Assembly: GCA_964016885.1 (NCBI GenBank)
Contig: OZ024740.1
Location: forward strand, 369,768,001-369,832,000
Reading direction: 5' to 3'
DNA length: 64,000 nucleotides
Source of the DNA: Eledone cirrhosa
Taxonomy: Eukaryota
Numbering within the stretch: the first letter of the stretch is position 1; every line of letters starts with the position of its first letter. Positions 34,595 to 47,619 of this stretch are shown here, one piece after another. The notes under the pieces are model-generated. The model did not search any database, was not told where the DNA came from, and was given only the letters and a program-made list of their open reading frames with translations. The position numbers and the translations under genes are program-made.

Positions 34595-34640
<46 letters not shown>

Positions 34641-34641
34641 C

Positions 34642-34719
<78 letters not shown>

Positions 34720-34800
34720 CTTCCCGAATGAAACAGTTGTGATCCTGTAGAAGTCATATCTTTATAAAATATACTATCCATCTCTCTCTCTCTTTCTCTT

Positions 34801-34854
<54 letters not shown>

Positions 34855-34855
<1 letters not shown>

Positions 34856-34957
34856 GTCAAAAATGAAACGAAATTTCATTTATCACTCTTAGTACGGCTG
34901 TTACTTAAATATAAGTATGTATACGTACATACATATACGTATACAGACGTTCTGTAG

Positions 34958-34962
<5 letters not shown>
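34855..34962 (-). mobile_element. Left piece of an older diverged copy of the 466-bp family (right piece 41765-41945)
   Basis: AAATGAAACGAAATTTCATTTATCACTCTTAGTA...CAGACGT aligns to the unit with mismatches, and collinearity resumes after the array. Confidence 0.75.
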
Positions 34963-34993
<31 letters not shown>

Positions 34994-35232
34994 GTAAGTA
35001 TGCATGTATACGTACATACATATATGTATACAGACGTACAGTAGCATGCACATATATATATATATATACATATATATATACATATGCATACAGGTACACA
35101 TACATGTATGCACGTATCAGTTTAGCGGCGCTAACGTCGCTTTGTTCGTTTGTAAACAAACTGAACAGCCTGAATTTATGCCATACGGTGTTAAGGCAAC
35201 CACGTCACCTTTTTGTTCAACACTGACACAGG

Positions 35233-35277
35233 AACGATGTACTAGTTTCAAGCTTGTTAGCTATCATCAGCACCGTT
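35233..35277 (-). ncRNA. Minimal type I hammerhead ribozyme, first of 11 minus-strand copies spaced 466 bp apart
   Basis: Reverse complement reads AACGGTG-CTGATGA-TAGCT-AACA-AGCTT-GAAA-CTAG-TA-CATCGTT. Confidence 0.85.
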
Positions 35278-35350
35278 TACCCATCTGCCAGATAGTTGAA
35301 CGTTCGAAAGTATATACTTTCCTTATGAAAATTAACGGCTGAGCAGCCTA

Positions 35351-35358
35351 ATTTGCAT
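35351..35358. promoter_or_regulatory. Octamer motif ATTTGCAT in every array unit (also 57639-57646)
   Basis: Exact octamer, conserved in the diverged relative. Function is inferred only. Confidence 0.35.
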
Positions 35359-38300
35359 ATTGAGTGAGTTAAATCGGTCAGGCATACCGAAAACGATAAA
35401 TTGAAACAAAATGAAAACGAAATTTCATTTCTCACTCTTAGTATGGCACTTACTTAAATGTAAGTATGCATGTATACGTACATACATATATGTATACAGA
35501 CGTACAGTAGCATGCACATATAAATATATATATACATATATATATACATATGCATACAGGTACACATACATATATGCACGTATCAGTTTAGCGGCGCTAA
35601 CGTCGCTTTGTTCGTTTGTAAACAAACTGAACAGCCTGAATTTATGCCATACGGTGTTAAGGCAACCACGTCACCTTTTTGTTCAACACTGACACAGGAA
35701 CGATGTACTAGTTTCAAGCTTGTTAGCTATCATCAGCACCGTTTACCCATCTGCCAGATAGTTGAACGTTCGAAAGTATATACTTTCCTTATGAAAATTA
35801 ACGGCTGAGCAGCCTAATTTGCATATTGAGTGAGTTAAATCGGTCAGGCATACCGAAAACGATAAATTGAAACAAAATGAAAACGAAATTTCATTTCTCA
35901 CTCTTAGTATGGCACTTACTTAAATGTAAGTATGCATGTATACGTACATACATATATGTATACAGACGTACAGTAGCATGCACATATATATATATATATA
36001 CATATATATATACATATGCATACAGGTACACATACATATATGCACGTATCAGTTTAGCGGCGCTAACGTCGCTTTGTTCGTTTGTAAACAAACTGAACAG
36101 CCTGAATTTATGCCATACGGTGTTAAGGCAACCACGTCACCTTTTTGTTCAACACTGACACAGGAACGATGTACTAGTTTCAAGCTTGTTAGCTATCATC
36201 AGCACCGTTTACCCATTGCCAGATAGTTGAACGTTCGAAAGTATATACTTTCCTTATGAAAATTAACGGCTGAGCAGCCTAATTTGCATATTGAGTGAGT
36301 TAAATCGGTCAGGCATACCGAAAACGATAAATTGAAACAAAATGAAAACGAAATTTCATTTCTCACTCTTAGTATGGCACTTACTTAAATGTAAGTATGC
36401 ATGTATACGTACATACATATATGTATACAGACGTACAGTAGCATGCACATATATATATATATATACATATATATATACATATGCATACAGGTACACATAC
36501 ATATATGCACGTATCAGTTTAGCGGCGCTAACGTCGCTTTGTTCGTTTGTAAACAAACTGAACAGCCTGAATTTATGCCATACGGTGTTAAGGCAACCAC
36601 GTCACCTTTTTGTTCAACACTGACACAGGAACGATGTACTAATTTCAAGCTTGTTAGCTATCATCAGCACCGTTTACCCATCTGCCAGATAGTTGAACGT
36701 TCGAAAGTATATACTTTCCTTATGAAAATTAACGGCTGAGCAGCCTAATTTGCATATTGAGTGAGTTAAATCGGTCAGGCATACCGAAAACGATAAATTG
36801 AAACAAAATGAAAACGAAATTTCATTTCTCACTCTTAGTATGGCACTTACTTAAATGTAAGTATGCATGTATACGTACATACATATATGTATACAGACGT
36901 ACATTAGCATGCACATATATATATATATATACATATATATATACATATGCATACAGGTACACATACATATATGCACGTATCAGTTTAGCGGCGCTAACGT
37001 CGCTTTGTTCGTTTGTAAACAAACTGAACAGCCTGAATTTATGCCATACGGTGTTAAGGCAACCACGTCACCTTTTTGTTCAACACTGACACAGGAACGA
37101 TGTACTAGTTTCAAGCTTGTTAGCTATCATCAGCACCGTTTACCCATCTGCCAGATAGTTGAACGTTCGAAAGTATATACTTTCCTTATGAAAATTAACG
37201 GCTGAGCAGCCTAATTTGCATATTGAGTGAGTTAAATCGGTCAGGCATACCGAAAACGATAAATTGAAACAAAATGAAAACGAAATTTCATTTCTCACTC
37301 TTAGTATGGCACTTACTTAAATGTAAGTATGCATGTATACGTACATACATATATGTATACAGACGTACAGTAGCATGCACATATATATATATATATACAT
37401 ATATATATACATATGCATACAGGTACACATACATATATGCACGTATCAGTTTAGCGGCGCTAACGTCGCTTTGTTCGTTTGTAAACAAACTGAACAGCCT
37501 GAATTTATGCCATACGGTGTTAAGGCAACCACGTCACCTTTTTGTTCAACACTGACACAGGAACGATGTACTAGTTTCAAGCTTGTTAGCTATCATCAGC
37601 ACCGTTTACCTATCTGCCAGATAGTTGAACGTTCGAAAGTATATACTTTCCTTATGAAAATTAACGGCTGAGCAGCCTAATTTGCATATTGAGTGAGTTA
37701 AATCGGTCAGGCATACCGAAAACGATAAATTGAAACAAAATGAAAACGAAATTTCATTTCTCACTCTTAGTATGGCACTTACTTAAATGTAAGTATGCAT
37801 GTATACGTACATACATATATGTATACAGACGTACAGTAGCATGCACATATATATATATATATACATATATATATACATATGCATACAGGTACACATACAT
37901 ATATGCACGTATCAGTTTAGCGGCGCTAACGTCGCTTTGTTCGTTTGTAAACAAACTGAACAGCCTGAATTTATGCCATACGGTGTTAAGGCAACCACGT
38001 CACCTTTTTGTTCAACACTGACACAGGAACGATGTACTAGTTTCAAGCTTGTTAGCTATCATCAGCACCGTTTACCCATCTGCCAGATAGTTGAACGTTC
38101 GAAAGTATATACTTTCCTTATGAAAATTAACGGCTGAGCAGCCTAATTTGCATATTGAGTGAGTTAAATCGGTCAGGCATACCGAAAACGATAAATTGAA
38201 ACAAAATGAAAACGAAATTTCATTTCTCACTCTTAGTATGGCACTTACTTAAATGTAAGTATGCATGTATACGTACATACATATATGTATACAGACGTAC

Positions 38301-40460
38301 AGTAGCATGCACATATATATATATATATACATATATATATACATATGCATACAGGTACACATACATATATGCACGTATCAGTTTAGCGGCGCTAACGTCG
38401 CTTTGTTCGTTTGTAAACAAACTGAACAGCCTGAATTTATGCCATACGGTGTTAAGGCAACCACGTCACCTTTTTGTTCAACACTGACACAGGAACGATG
38501 TACTAGTTTCAAGCTTGTTAGCTATCATCAGCACCGTTTACCCATCTGCCAGATAGTTGAACGTTCGAAAGTATATACTTTCCTTATGAAAATTAACGGC
38601 TGAGCAGCCTAATTTGCATATTGAGTGAGTTAAATCGGTCAGGCATACCGAAAACGATAAATTGAAACAAAATGAAAACGAAATTTCATTTCTCACTCTT
38701 AGTATGGCACTTACTTAAATGTAAGTATGCATGTATACGTACATACATATATGTATACAGACGTACAGTAGCATGCACATATATATATATATATACATAT
38801 ATATATACATATGCATACAGGTACACATACATATATGCACGTATCAGTTTAGCGGCGCTAACGTCGCTTTGTTCGTTTGTAAACAAACTGAACAGCCTGA
38901 ATTTATGCCATACGGTGTTAAGGCAACCACGTCACCTTTTTGTTCAACACTGACACAGGAACGATGTACTAGTTTCAAGCTTGTTAGCTATCATCAGCAC
39001 CGTTTACCCATCTGCCAGATAGTTGAACGTTCGAAAGTATATACTTTCCTTATGAAAATTAACGGCTGAGCAGCCTAATTTGCATATTGAGTGAGTTAAA
39101 TCGGTCAGGCATACCGAAAACGATAAATTGAAACAAAATGAAAACGAAATTTCATTTCTCACTCTTAGTATGGCACTTACTTAAATGTAAGTATGCATGT
39201 ATACGTACATACATATATGTATACAGACGTACAGTAGCATGCACATATATATATATATATACATATATATATACATATGCATACAGGTACACATACATAT
39301 ATGCACGTATCAGTTTAGCGGCGCTAACGTCGCTTTGTTCGTTTGTAAACAAACTGAACAGCCTGAATTTATGCCATACGGTGTTAAGGCAACCACGTCA
39401 CCTTTTTGTTCAACACTGACACAGGAACGATGTACTAGTTTCAAGCTTGTTAGCTATCATCAGCACCGTTTACCCATCTGCCAGATAGTTGAACGTTCGA
39501 AAGTATATACTTTCCTTATGAAAATTAACGGCTGAGCAGCCTAATTTGCATATTGAGTGAGTTAAATCGGTCAGGCATACCGAAAACGATAAATTGAAAC
39601 AAAATGAAAACGAAATTTCATTTCTCACTCTTAGTATGGCACTTACTTAAATGTAAGTATGCATGTATACGTACATACATATATGTATACAGACGTACAG
39701 TAGCATGCACATATATATATATATATACATATATATATACATATGCATACAGGTACACATACATATATGCACGTATCAGTTTAGCGGCGCTAACGTCGCT
39801 TTGTTCGTTTGTAAACAAACTGAACAGCCTGAATTTATGCCATACGGTGTTAAGGCAACCACGTCACCTTTTTGTTCAACACTGACACAGGAACGATGTA
39901 CTAGTTTCAAGCTTGTTAGCTATCATCAGCACCGTTTACCCATCTGCCAGATAGTTGAACGTTCGAAAGTATATACTTTCCTTATGAAAATTAACGGCTG
40001 AGCAGCCTAATTTGCATATTGAGTGAGTTAAATCGGTCAGGCATACCGAAAACGATAAATTGAAACAAAATGAAAACGAAATTTCATTTCTCACTCTTAG
40101 TATGGCACTTACTTAAATGTAAGTATGCATGTATACGTACATACATATATGTATACAGACGTACAGTAGCATGTGTACCTGTATGCATATGTATATATAT
40201 ATGTATATATATATATATATGTGCATGCTACTGTACGTCTGTATACATATATGTATGTACGTATACATGCATACTTACATTTAAGTAAGTGCCATACTAA
40301 GAGTGAGAAATGAAATTTCGTTTTCATTTTGTTTCAATTTATCGTTTTCGGTATGCCTGACCGATTTAACTCACTCAATATGCAAATTAGGCTGCTCAGC
40401 CGTTAATTTTCATAAGGAAAGTATATACTTTCGAACGTTCAACTATCTGGCAGATGGGTA

Positions 40461-40505
40461 AACGGTGCTGATGATAGCTAACAAGCTTGAAACTAGTACA
40501 TCGTT
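40461..40505 (+). ncRNA. Minimal type I hammerhead ribozyme (also 40927-40971 and 41393-41437)
   Basis: 7-bp stem I AACGGTG/CATCGTT, CTGATGA and GAAA cores, palindromic stem III ACTAGT, GUA triplet (predicted cut after 40498). Position 10.1-11.1 is U.U. Confidence 0.85.
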
Positions 40506-41734
40506 CCTGTGTCAGTGTTGAACAAAAAGGTGACGTGGTTGCCTTAACACCGTATGGCATAAATTCAGGCTGTTCAGTTTGTTTACAAACGAACAAAGCG
40601 ACGTTAGCGCCGCTAAACTGATACGTGCATATATGTATGTGTACCTGTATGCATATGTATATATATATGTATATATATATATATATGTGCATGCTACTGT
40701 ACGTCTGTATACATATATGTATGTACGTATACATGCATACTTACATTTAAGTAAGTGCCATACTAAGAGTGAGAAATGAAATTTCGTTTTCATTTTGTTT
40801 CAATTTATCGTTTTCGGTATGCCTGACCGATTTAACTCACTCAATATGCAAATTAGGCTGCTCAGCCGTTAATTTTCATAAGGAAAGTATATACTTTCGA
40901 ACGTTCAACTATCTGGCAGATGGGTAAACGGTGCTGATGATAGCTAACAAGCTTGAAACTAGTACATCGTTCCTGTGTCAGTGTTGAACAAAAAGGTGAC
41001 GTGGTTGCCTTAACACCGTATGGCATAAATTCAGGCTGTTCAGTTTGTTTACAAACGAACAAAGCGACGTTAGCGCCGCTAAACTGATACGTGCATATAT
41101 GTATGTGTACCTGTATGCATATGTATATATATATGTATATATATATATATATGTGCATGCTACTGTACGTCTGTATACATATATGTATGTACGTATACAT
41201 GCATACTTACATTTAAGTAAGTGCCATACTAAGAGTGAGAAATGAAATTTCGTTTTCATTTTGTTTCAATTTATCGTTTTCGGTATGCCTGACCGATTTA
41301 ACTCACTCAATATGCAAATTAGGCTGCTCAGCCGTTAATTTTCATAAGGAAAGTATATACTTTCGAACGTTCAACTATCTGGCAGATGGGTAAACGGTGC
41401 TGATGATAGCTAACAAGCTTGAAACTAGTACATCGTTCCTGTGTCAGTGTTGAACAAAAAGGTGACGTGGTTGCCTTAACACCGTATGGCATAAATTCAG
41501 GCTGTTCAGTTTGTTTACAAACGAACAAAGCGACGTTAGCGCCGCTAAACTGATACGTGCATATATGTATGTGTACCTGTATGCATATGTATATATATAT
41601 GTATATATATATATATATGTGCATGCTACTGTACGTCTGTATACATATATGTATGTACGTATACATGCATACTTACATTTAAGTAAGTGCCATACTAAGA
41701 GTGAGAAATGAAATTTCGTTTTCATTTTGTTTCA

Positions 41735-41769
<35 letters not shown>

Positions 41770-41948
41770 CATACATGCACACATATATATGTACGTATGG
41801 ATTCACCGAACATTTATTATAATGCTCGGTGTGTTTGTAAACAAACATCCCGAATTATGCCGTACAGTGTCTTACAACCATCGTTGCTCGTTTGTTCAAC
41901 ACTGACAAAGGAACGCTGTACTAGTTTCAAGCTTATTAGCTATCGTAT

Positions 41949-41981
<33 letters not shown>

Positions 41982-42055
41982 AAGGATCGATCGACTTTCG
42001 TCAAATCGGACCTAGGAAACAATGTTTCCGTTGGTCTTTACAATTGCTATTACTA

Positions 42056-42141
42056 TCTATCGGTCGCAACTCCAGGTAGAAGGAGCAGCGTGAAATAATT
42101 ATTTCACGCTGCTCCTTCTACCCGGAGTTGCGACCGATAGA
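42056..42141. repeat. 86-bp loopless palindrome with one mismatch
   Basis: TCTATCGGTCGCAACTCCAGGTAGAAGGAGCAGCGTGAAATAA|TTATTTCACGCTGCTCCTTCTACCCGGAGTTGCGACCGATAGA. Confidence 0.95.
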
Positions 42142-42248
42142 CATAACGCATCGCCCGGTCCAGGAATCGAACTCACAACTTCAAATTTGTGAATCCAATT
42201 CTCTAACCATTCTGCCACACGCCTGTATATATATATATATATACATAC

Positions 42249-42386
<138 letters not shown>

Positions 42387-42434
42387 GTATGTATATATAT
42401 ATATACAGGCGTGTGGCAGAGTATATATATATAT

Positions 42435-42476
<42 letters not shown>

Positions 42477-43089
42477 AGGATGAATATAAAATGAAAGTGC
42501 TTTTGTTAAAAAAGGAATTTATTAGGTATTGACATATGTTTCTGTAACAGACCGAATACCTATGTATCGCTGCTTGCGTAATCATATATTGTTAGCAAGT
42601 ATTCGATAGCAAATGTATAATCAGTTGTCACTTCTTCAGAGATTTTGGATAAACTGGATAAAATCAGAAAAATTGAAGTATTTATATTAGTAAAAGAGGA
42701 AGGAACAGAGGGGATAGTATATGACATGGTAAAATAATTTACTGCTAAACAAGTATATAATGGGTTTTTAATGAGAATACCATGAGTAAATCTAAATAAG
42801 AATTTTGGGAGTGCCAATTTTAATCTCTACTTGAGCAACTGGACAGTGGACAGGGCTGGTCATTTGGTGCAGTAGTATTAATTATAAAGTGTCAATTGGG
42901 GAAGGGGGAGATTTCGATTGCTACTAAATAACATCAATGCTAGTAGCCAGCTGGTATATGCATTAGGGAATTGAATCAAGAAATCAGAAATCTCATTTAT
43001 AGCAGTTTGTATTAAAAGGTAAATAATAGAAGAGTTGATAGAATTAAGACTAATAAAGAATGTTCATATCTATTTTGACAATCAAACGG

Positions 43090-43868
43090 GAGTATATCTG
43101 GTACAACCCGGTCTGTAACAACTCTATTAAAACCAATCTACCCTCAAAATTCTTTCGATTAGTTAGAAAACACTTTCCAACATCACATAAATATAATAAA
43201 ATCTTAAACCCTAACACTATTCGACTTTCATATTCAACCGCCCCTAATATTGAACAACATATAAAAAAGCTTAACGCAAAACGGTTGTATAAACGCCTTC
43301 CAACACATAACAATACACGTAAAACATTAGCTATAACATCACAAAACAACAAACAACATCCTGTCCTACATAAGCAACCTCATCAACCCATCCATGGCAA
43401 TACAACAACGCAAAATTATAATTGCAACTGTGTCCAACCAGGAATGTGTCCGTTGAACAATCAGTGTCTTGAACGCAACATCGTATACAAATGTACTATC
43501 GAATCGGATAGACAGAAGTGGTACTATGTGGGATCTACAGCCACCCCCTTCAAATCACGCCTTTATAGACATCGTTATTCGATAAAACATGAAAACCAGC
43601 GTTATGTAACAACACTCGCAGACAAGGCTTGGCAGCTGCGTGAAAATAACCAAAAATTTCACCTAAAATGGGATATAATAGCGGCTGCCCCCCCCCCCCC
43701 CCCCCCCCCCAATCCCATGGACAGGAATTGTGTAAATTATGTAATGTAGAATTATTTTGTATTATGAAATCCAAAAACATTTTATTAAATAACAGAATAG
43801 AGCGATCGTTATACTGTAACCATCGCTTAAAATCTACATTTTCATATTATAAATACTACCAGGATTGA
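43090..43868 (+). pseudogene. PLE GIY-YIG endonuclease C-terminal fragment, frameshifted at a poly-C run
   Basis: IWYNP..CNCVQPGMCPLNNQCL..IVYKC..YYVGST..FKSRLYRH, then CKLCNVE..LLNNR..CNH in another frame. Confidence 0.85.
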
Positions 43869-44335
43869 ACGCCTGTCTCTATCCCCGTTTGATTGTCAAA
43901 ATAGATATGAACATTCTTTATTAGTCTTAATTCTATCAACTCTTCTATTATTTACCTTTTAATACAAACTGCTATAGATAAAATGAGATTTCTGATTTCT
44001 TGATTCAATTCCCTAATGCATATACCAGCTGGCTACTAGTATTGATGTTATTTAGTAGCAATCGAAATCTCCCCCTTCCCCAATTGACACTTTATAATTA
44101 ATACTACTGCACCAAATGACCAGCCCTGTCCACTGTCCAGTTGGTCAAGTAGAGATTAAAATTGGCACTCCCAAAATTCTTATTTAGATTTACTCATGGT
44201 ATTCTCATTAAAAACCCATTATATACTTGTTTAGCAGTAAATTATTTTACCATCTGTCATATACTATCCCCTCTGTTCCTTCCTCTTTTACTAATATAAA
44301 TACTTCAATTTTTCTGATTTTATCCAGTTTATCCA

Positions 44336-44457
44336 AAATCTCTGAAGAAGTGACAACTGATTATACATTTGCTATCGAATACTTGCTAACAATATATGAT
44401 TACGCAAGCAGCGATACATAGGTATTCGGTCTGTTACAGAAACATATGTCAATACCT
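44336..44457 (+). ncRNA. Hammerhead-like motif with a ~90-nt extended stem II (inverted copy near 42525-42645)
   Basis: CTGAAGA; GTGACA/TGTTAC, ACTGA/TCGGT, TATCG/CGATA and CTTGC/GCAAG helices; GAAA-CATATG-TC; AATAAA downstream. Stem I pairs poorly. Confidence 0.55.
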
Positions 44458-44630
44458 AATAAATTCCTTTTTTAACAAAAGCACTTTCATTTTATATTCA
44501 TCCTTTCTACATTTCTCCGGAATATAATTTATACTCGTTGAGCAAACCGGCACGTACGCTGTTCACTCCGAATAGAAGGAGCAGCGTGAAATAATTATTT
44601 CACGCTGCTCCTTCTACCTGGATATATATA

Positions 44631-45777
44631 TTTATTAAAATAACAGATTAAAGTTTAAGCAAAGAATCGCTACTTTCTATACGTGGATATTTTACGTCTT
44701 GATGTGGGAGCTAAGTATATGTTTTGTTTATACCATTACTTATTTTCATAGGTAAGTATATATTACCCGTATGTTTCGTGAAGGTACGTATACCTTCTCG
44801 TACGTATATTTGATTGTTTATGTTATGGCGTATAATTTTTATTTTTTTTTTTTATTCTGGTACATATGATTTTGCTATGTGTATACGGGAGTTTTGCGTC
44901 TGTGTGAGTATGCAGGTTCGTACATATGTAGGGTGTGTGTATATGTGTACTTCATGTTTTGGTTGACTTAAGTTTCCGAACATTCGTGTATTTATATGTA
45001 GGTATGTGTGTGCGCGCTTGTTATATACGTATTTATTTATTTATATACGTTTATATAATTATTTATTTATTTGTATACACGCATACACACACACACATAT
45101 TTATATGTGCGTGGTTTTGTATACCTATGGTAATTGTTTTGCGTATGCTTGTGCATGTACGTATTTGTTTGCGTGTATGTATTTATTTATTTCTATTACT
45201 TCTGTATTGTATTTATTTACTTTGTTCTTAACTCTGTAGCGGAGATTCATTCGGTCTCCTAGTTAGAATTTTAGTCTACAACTTCTGCTATACCATTTAC
45301 GTGGTTTTGTCTTTGCGTGCTATGGTTCTCCACGCTCCACATATGACGTATTATCTTCGTTTTTTTCGTTCATTGCCAGATAACGTCTCTATGAACCAGC
45401 TAAGAGAACATTAGTCTATGGCCTCTTTTATACCATAAACGTGGTCCTGTCTTTGCGCGTAATTGTTTTTCACCGCTCCTATTAATGACGTATCTTATTC
45501 GTTTTTTCCCGTTCTTTGCCAGCGAACGTTTCCACGAACCAAAGTATCGTCTTCCTGTCTTCCTCCGGTTGCAACGTTTTTTTAAATATCCACTTCTGCG
45601 TTTACAGATTGACTTTGTTAGTTTCAGAAGATCCCGTTAAGGGTGAAAGCAGCGATTCTTTGCTTAAACTTTAATCTGTTATTTTAATAAATATTTGCTC
45701 TACGGTTCTTTTATATTTGATATATATTTATCCTTATAGAGCCCTCTTTGGATTTTAGTCTTGAAATTTATTATTAT

Positions 45778-45781
<4 letters not shown>
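44631..45781 (+). mobile_element. PLE pLTR-only insertion with a ~40-bp inverted 5' arm
   Basis: 44631-44672 is the reverse complement of about 45651-45692; the body is homologous to 29386-30360; flanked by (TA)n. Confidence 0.8.
45620..45670 (+). ncRNA. Hammerhead-like motif with CAGAAGA core
   Basis: AGTTT-CAGAAGA-TCCC-GTTAA-GGGT-GAAAGCA...TGCTT-AAACT. The same core is present in the copy at 29496-29546(-). Confidence 0.55.
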
Positions 45782-45820
<39 letters not shown>

Positions 45821-46279
45821 TATATATATATACGGGGTAACAAATAATAGTTAAATGCAGTCCACTTAGGTATAGTCCAGTTATGGTATTCCAGGTAGTG
45901 GATGATATTAACGCTTGGCTTGGTTTGACTCAACAAGTTTGACTCATAAGATTCAAACCTCCGTGAATCGAACCAACACAACATAGCTTTAAATTAAGAT
46001 ACCTACTACCCACAGAAATATATTCATTAAGTATACTATATCCTTCACAAGTCTATACCACACAAATGTCTGTAAGTACCTCATCAACCCACAAACTTAT
46101 TCCTTCTCAGCTGCTGCCATCATTTGATCCTAAATCCTAGTTTTTCTCAAATCACTACTACAATGTAACTTTACCTTCCTTTTGCCATAATTACAATTAG
46201 CACGCATATCTCTTTGCATGTATGTATATTTTTGTACGAGTGTATATTGATGTGTATGTATGTGTCTATGTACACATGC

Positions 46280-46366
<87 letters not shown>

Positions 46367-46778
46367 TGTGTGTGTGTGTATGTGTGTGTGTGTAAGTGTA
46401 AATATATGCGTATATTACTTCGTTAACCTCTGTATTAACTCAACAACTATTTAGCTTTGACAGTGTCATCCCACCCATGTATGCTATTGAAGATGAAAAG
46501 AAAGACTGTAAACACTGGCTTATCTTTATAATTTAAAATTGATACACACTTCGATACTCTGTACATGCCAAACTCTTACTTTTGCCTCATGACAGCTAGT
46601 TTTGCACGCCATAATGTTAGATACATTATACCCCCCACCTAAGTAATGTCAGGGTCTCCTCAAATAATTTATTAATAGCATTGTTGTAATTGTTGTTATT
46701 GTTCTAATTGAATGCCATTACTACTTCATATAGTAGCCTGTATATTCTTTTCTTGCCTGTGTATTCTCTTCATTCTCG

Positions 46779-46893
46779 CATGCTCCGAAGATCTGACTCG
46801 TTATAATTTTGTATTGGCGATCGAGTAACGTGAAAATAAGCGAATAGCGATCTCTAGACCTACCAGTTCAGAGAAACAATTGTCAGCTATGAG
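46779..46893 (+). ncRNA. Hammerhead-like motif with long stem II and CCGAAGA core
   Basis: CATGCT-CCGAAGA-TCTGA...TCAGA-GAAA-CAATTG-TC-AGCTATG, followed by ATTAAA. Confidence 0.55.
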
Positions 46894-46940
46894 ATTAAAA
46901 ACCTTTTTTGTATAGCAAACCATGTCAACCTTCTTTCCTG

Positions 46941-47007
<67 letters not shown>

Positions 47008-47010
<3 letters not shown>

Positions 47011-47590
47011 AAAACGAAGAATCAGTGATGCATCGGAGCACAAATTTATTATGTATTATAAATGTTTCTCCAACGAAAATCTCGAGGTGCGATCTGTTTG
47101 TGGATCGAACCTAACCTTGGATTCGCAAGTCCTCAGATACGTCCAGCGATTTCGAACAAATCGTCTTTCTGCTGTACTCTGCCCTTCGACTTACTATCAT
47201 GTGCCTTCATCCTGTTTGCACTATACTGCGATTGGTTGTTAGTTCCGGACGTGATCTTAGCTTATGGCCATTCCAATTTGCCCACTGACCATTTCCATTC
47301 ATGCGTGAGCTAATCCCGTCGCCAAAGATTACTGCTAAGTATATGAGGGGTTTCATGACCTCTCCTGCCACTCCCTGGCTTGCCCGTCCCTCCACACACA
47401 TACACACACACACACGTGTGGTCATACATACATAGACATTCCTAGCCGTTAATCGCACGTAATAAATTTGTGTTCCGATGCATCACTGATCCTTCGTTTT
47501 CTATATTATCATACTGTGCTCCAAAGGAGCGTAGATGAGTGTTCAACCGGCATTCCGCCTATGGACGAATCCTAGCAAGCTTACCACAAA
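47008..47590. mobile_element. PLE-type foldback remnant with an HHR on the minus arm (47052-47141)
   Basis: About 47010-47055 is inverted against 47458-47503. The minus strand reads GTAT-CTGAGGA-long stem-GAAA-CATTTA-TA-ATAC-AT-AATAAA. Confidence 0.65.
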
Positions 47591-47619
47591 TATATATATA
47601 TATATATGTGGGGGGGGGG

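Larger units (their letters stand above)
34991..41740 (-). repeat. 466-bp tandem array with one hammerhead per unit (retrozyme-like); about 11.1 units plus about 3.4 inverted units
   Basis: Period 466 (equivalent positions 35411, 35877, 36342, 36808...; one unit is 465). Orientation flips at 40171-40173 with ATG microhomology. Both ends abut (TA)n. Confidence 0.97.
42472..44572 (+). mobile_element. 5'-truncated Naiad-like PLE with a ~620-bp inverted arm
   Basis: 42472-43090 is the reverse complement of 43884-44509. Between them lies a GIY-YIG ORF, and a tail follows. Confidence 0.92.

Noticed and set aside
35004-41725. Repeated 66-112 aa ORFs in the array
   Set aside because: They run through (TA)/(CA) microsatellite, overlap on both strands and are not preserved in the diverged relative.
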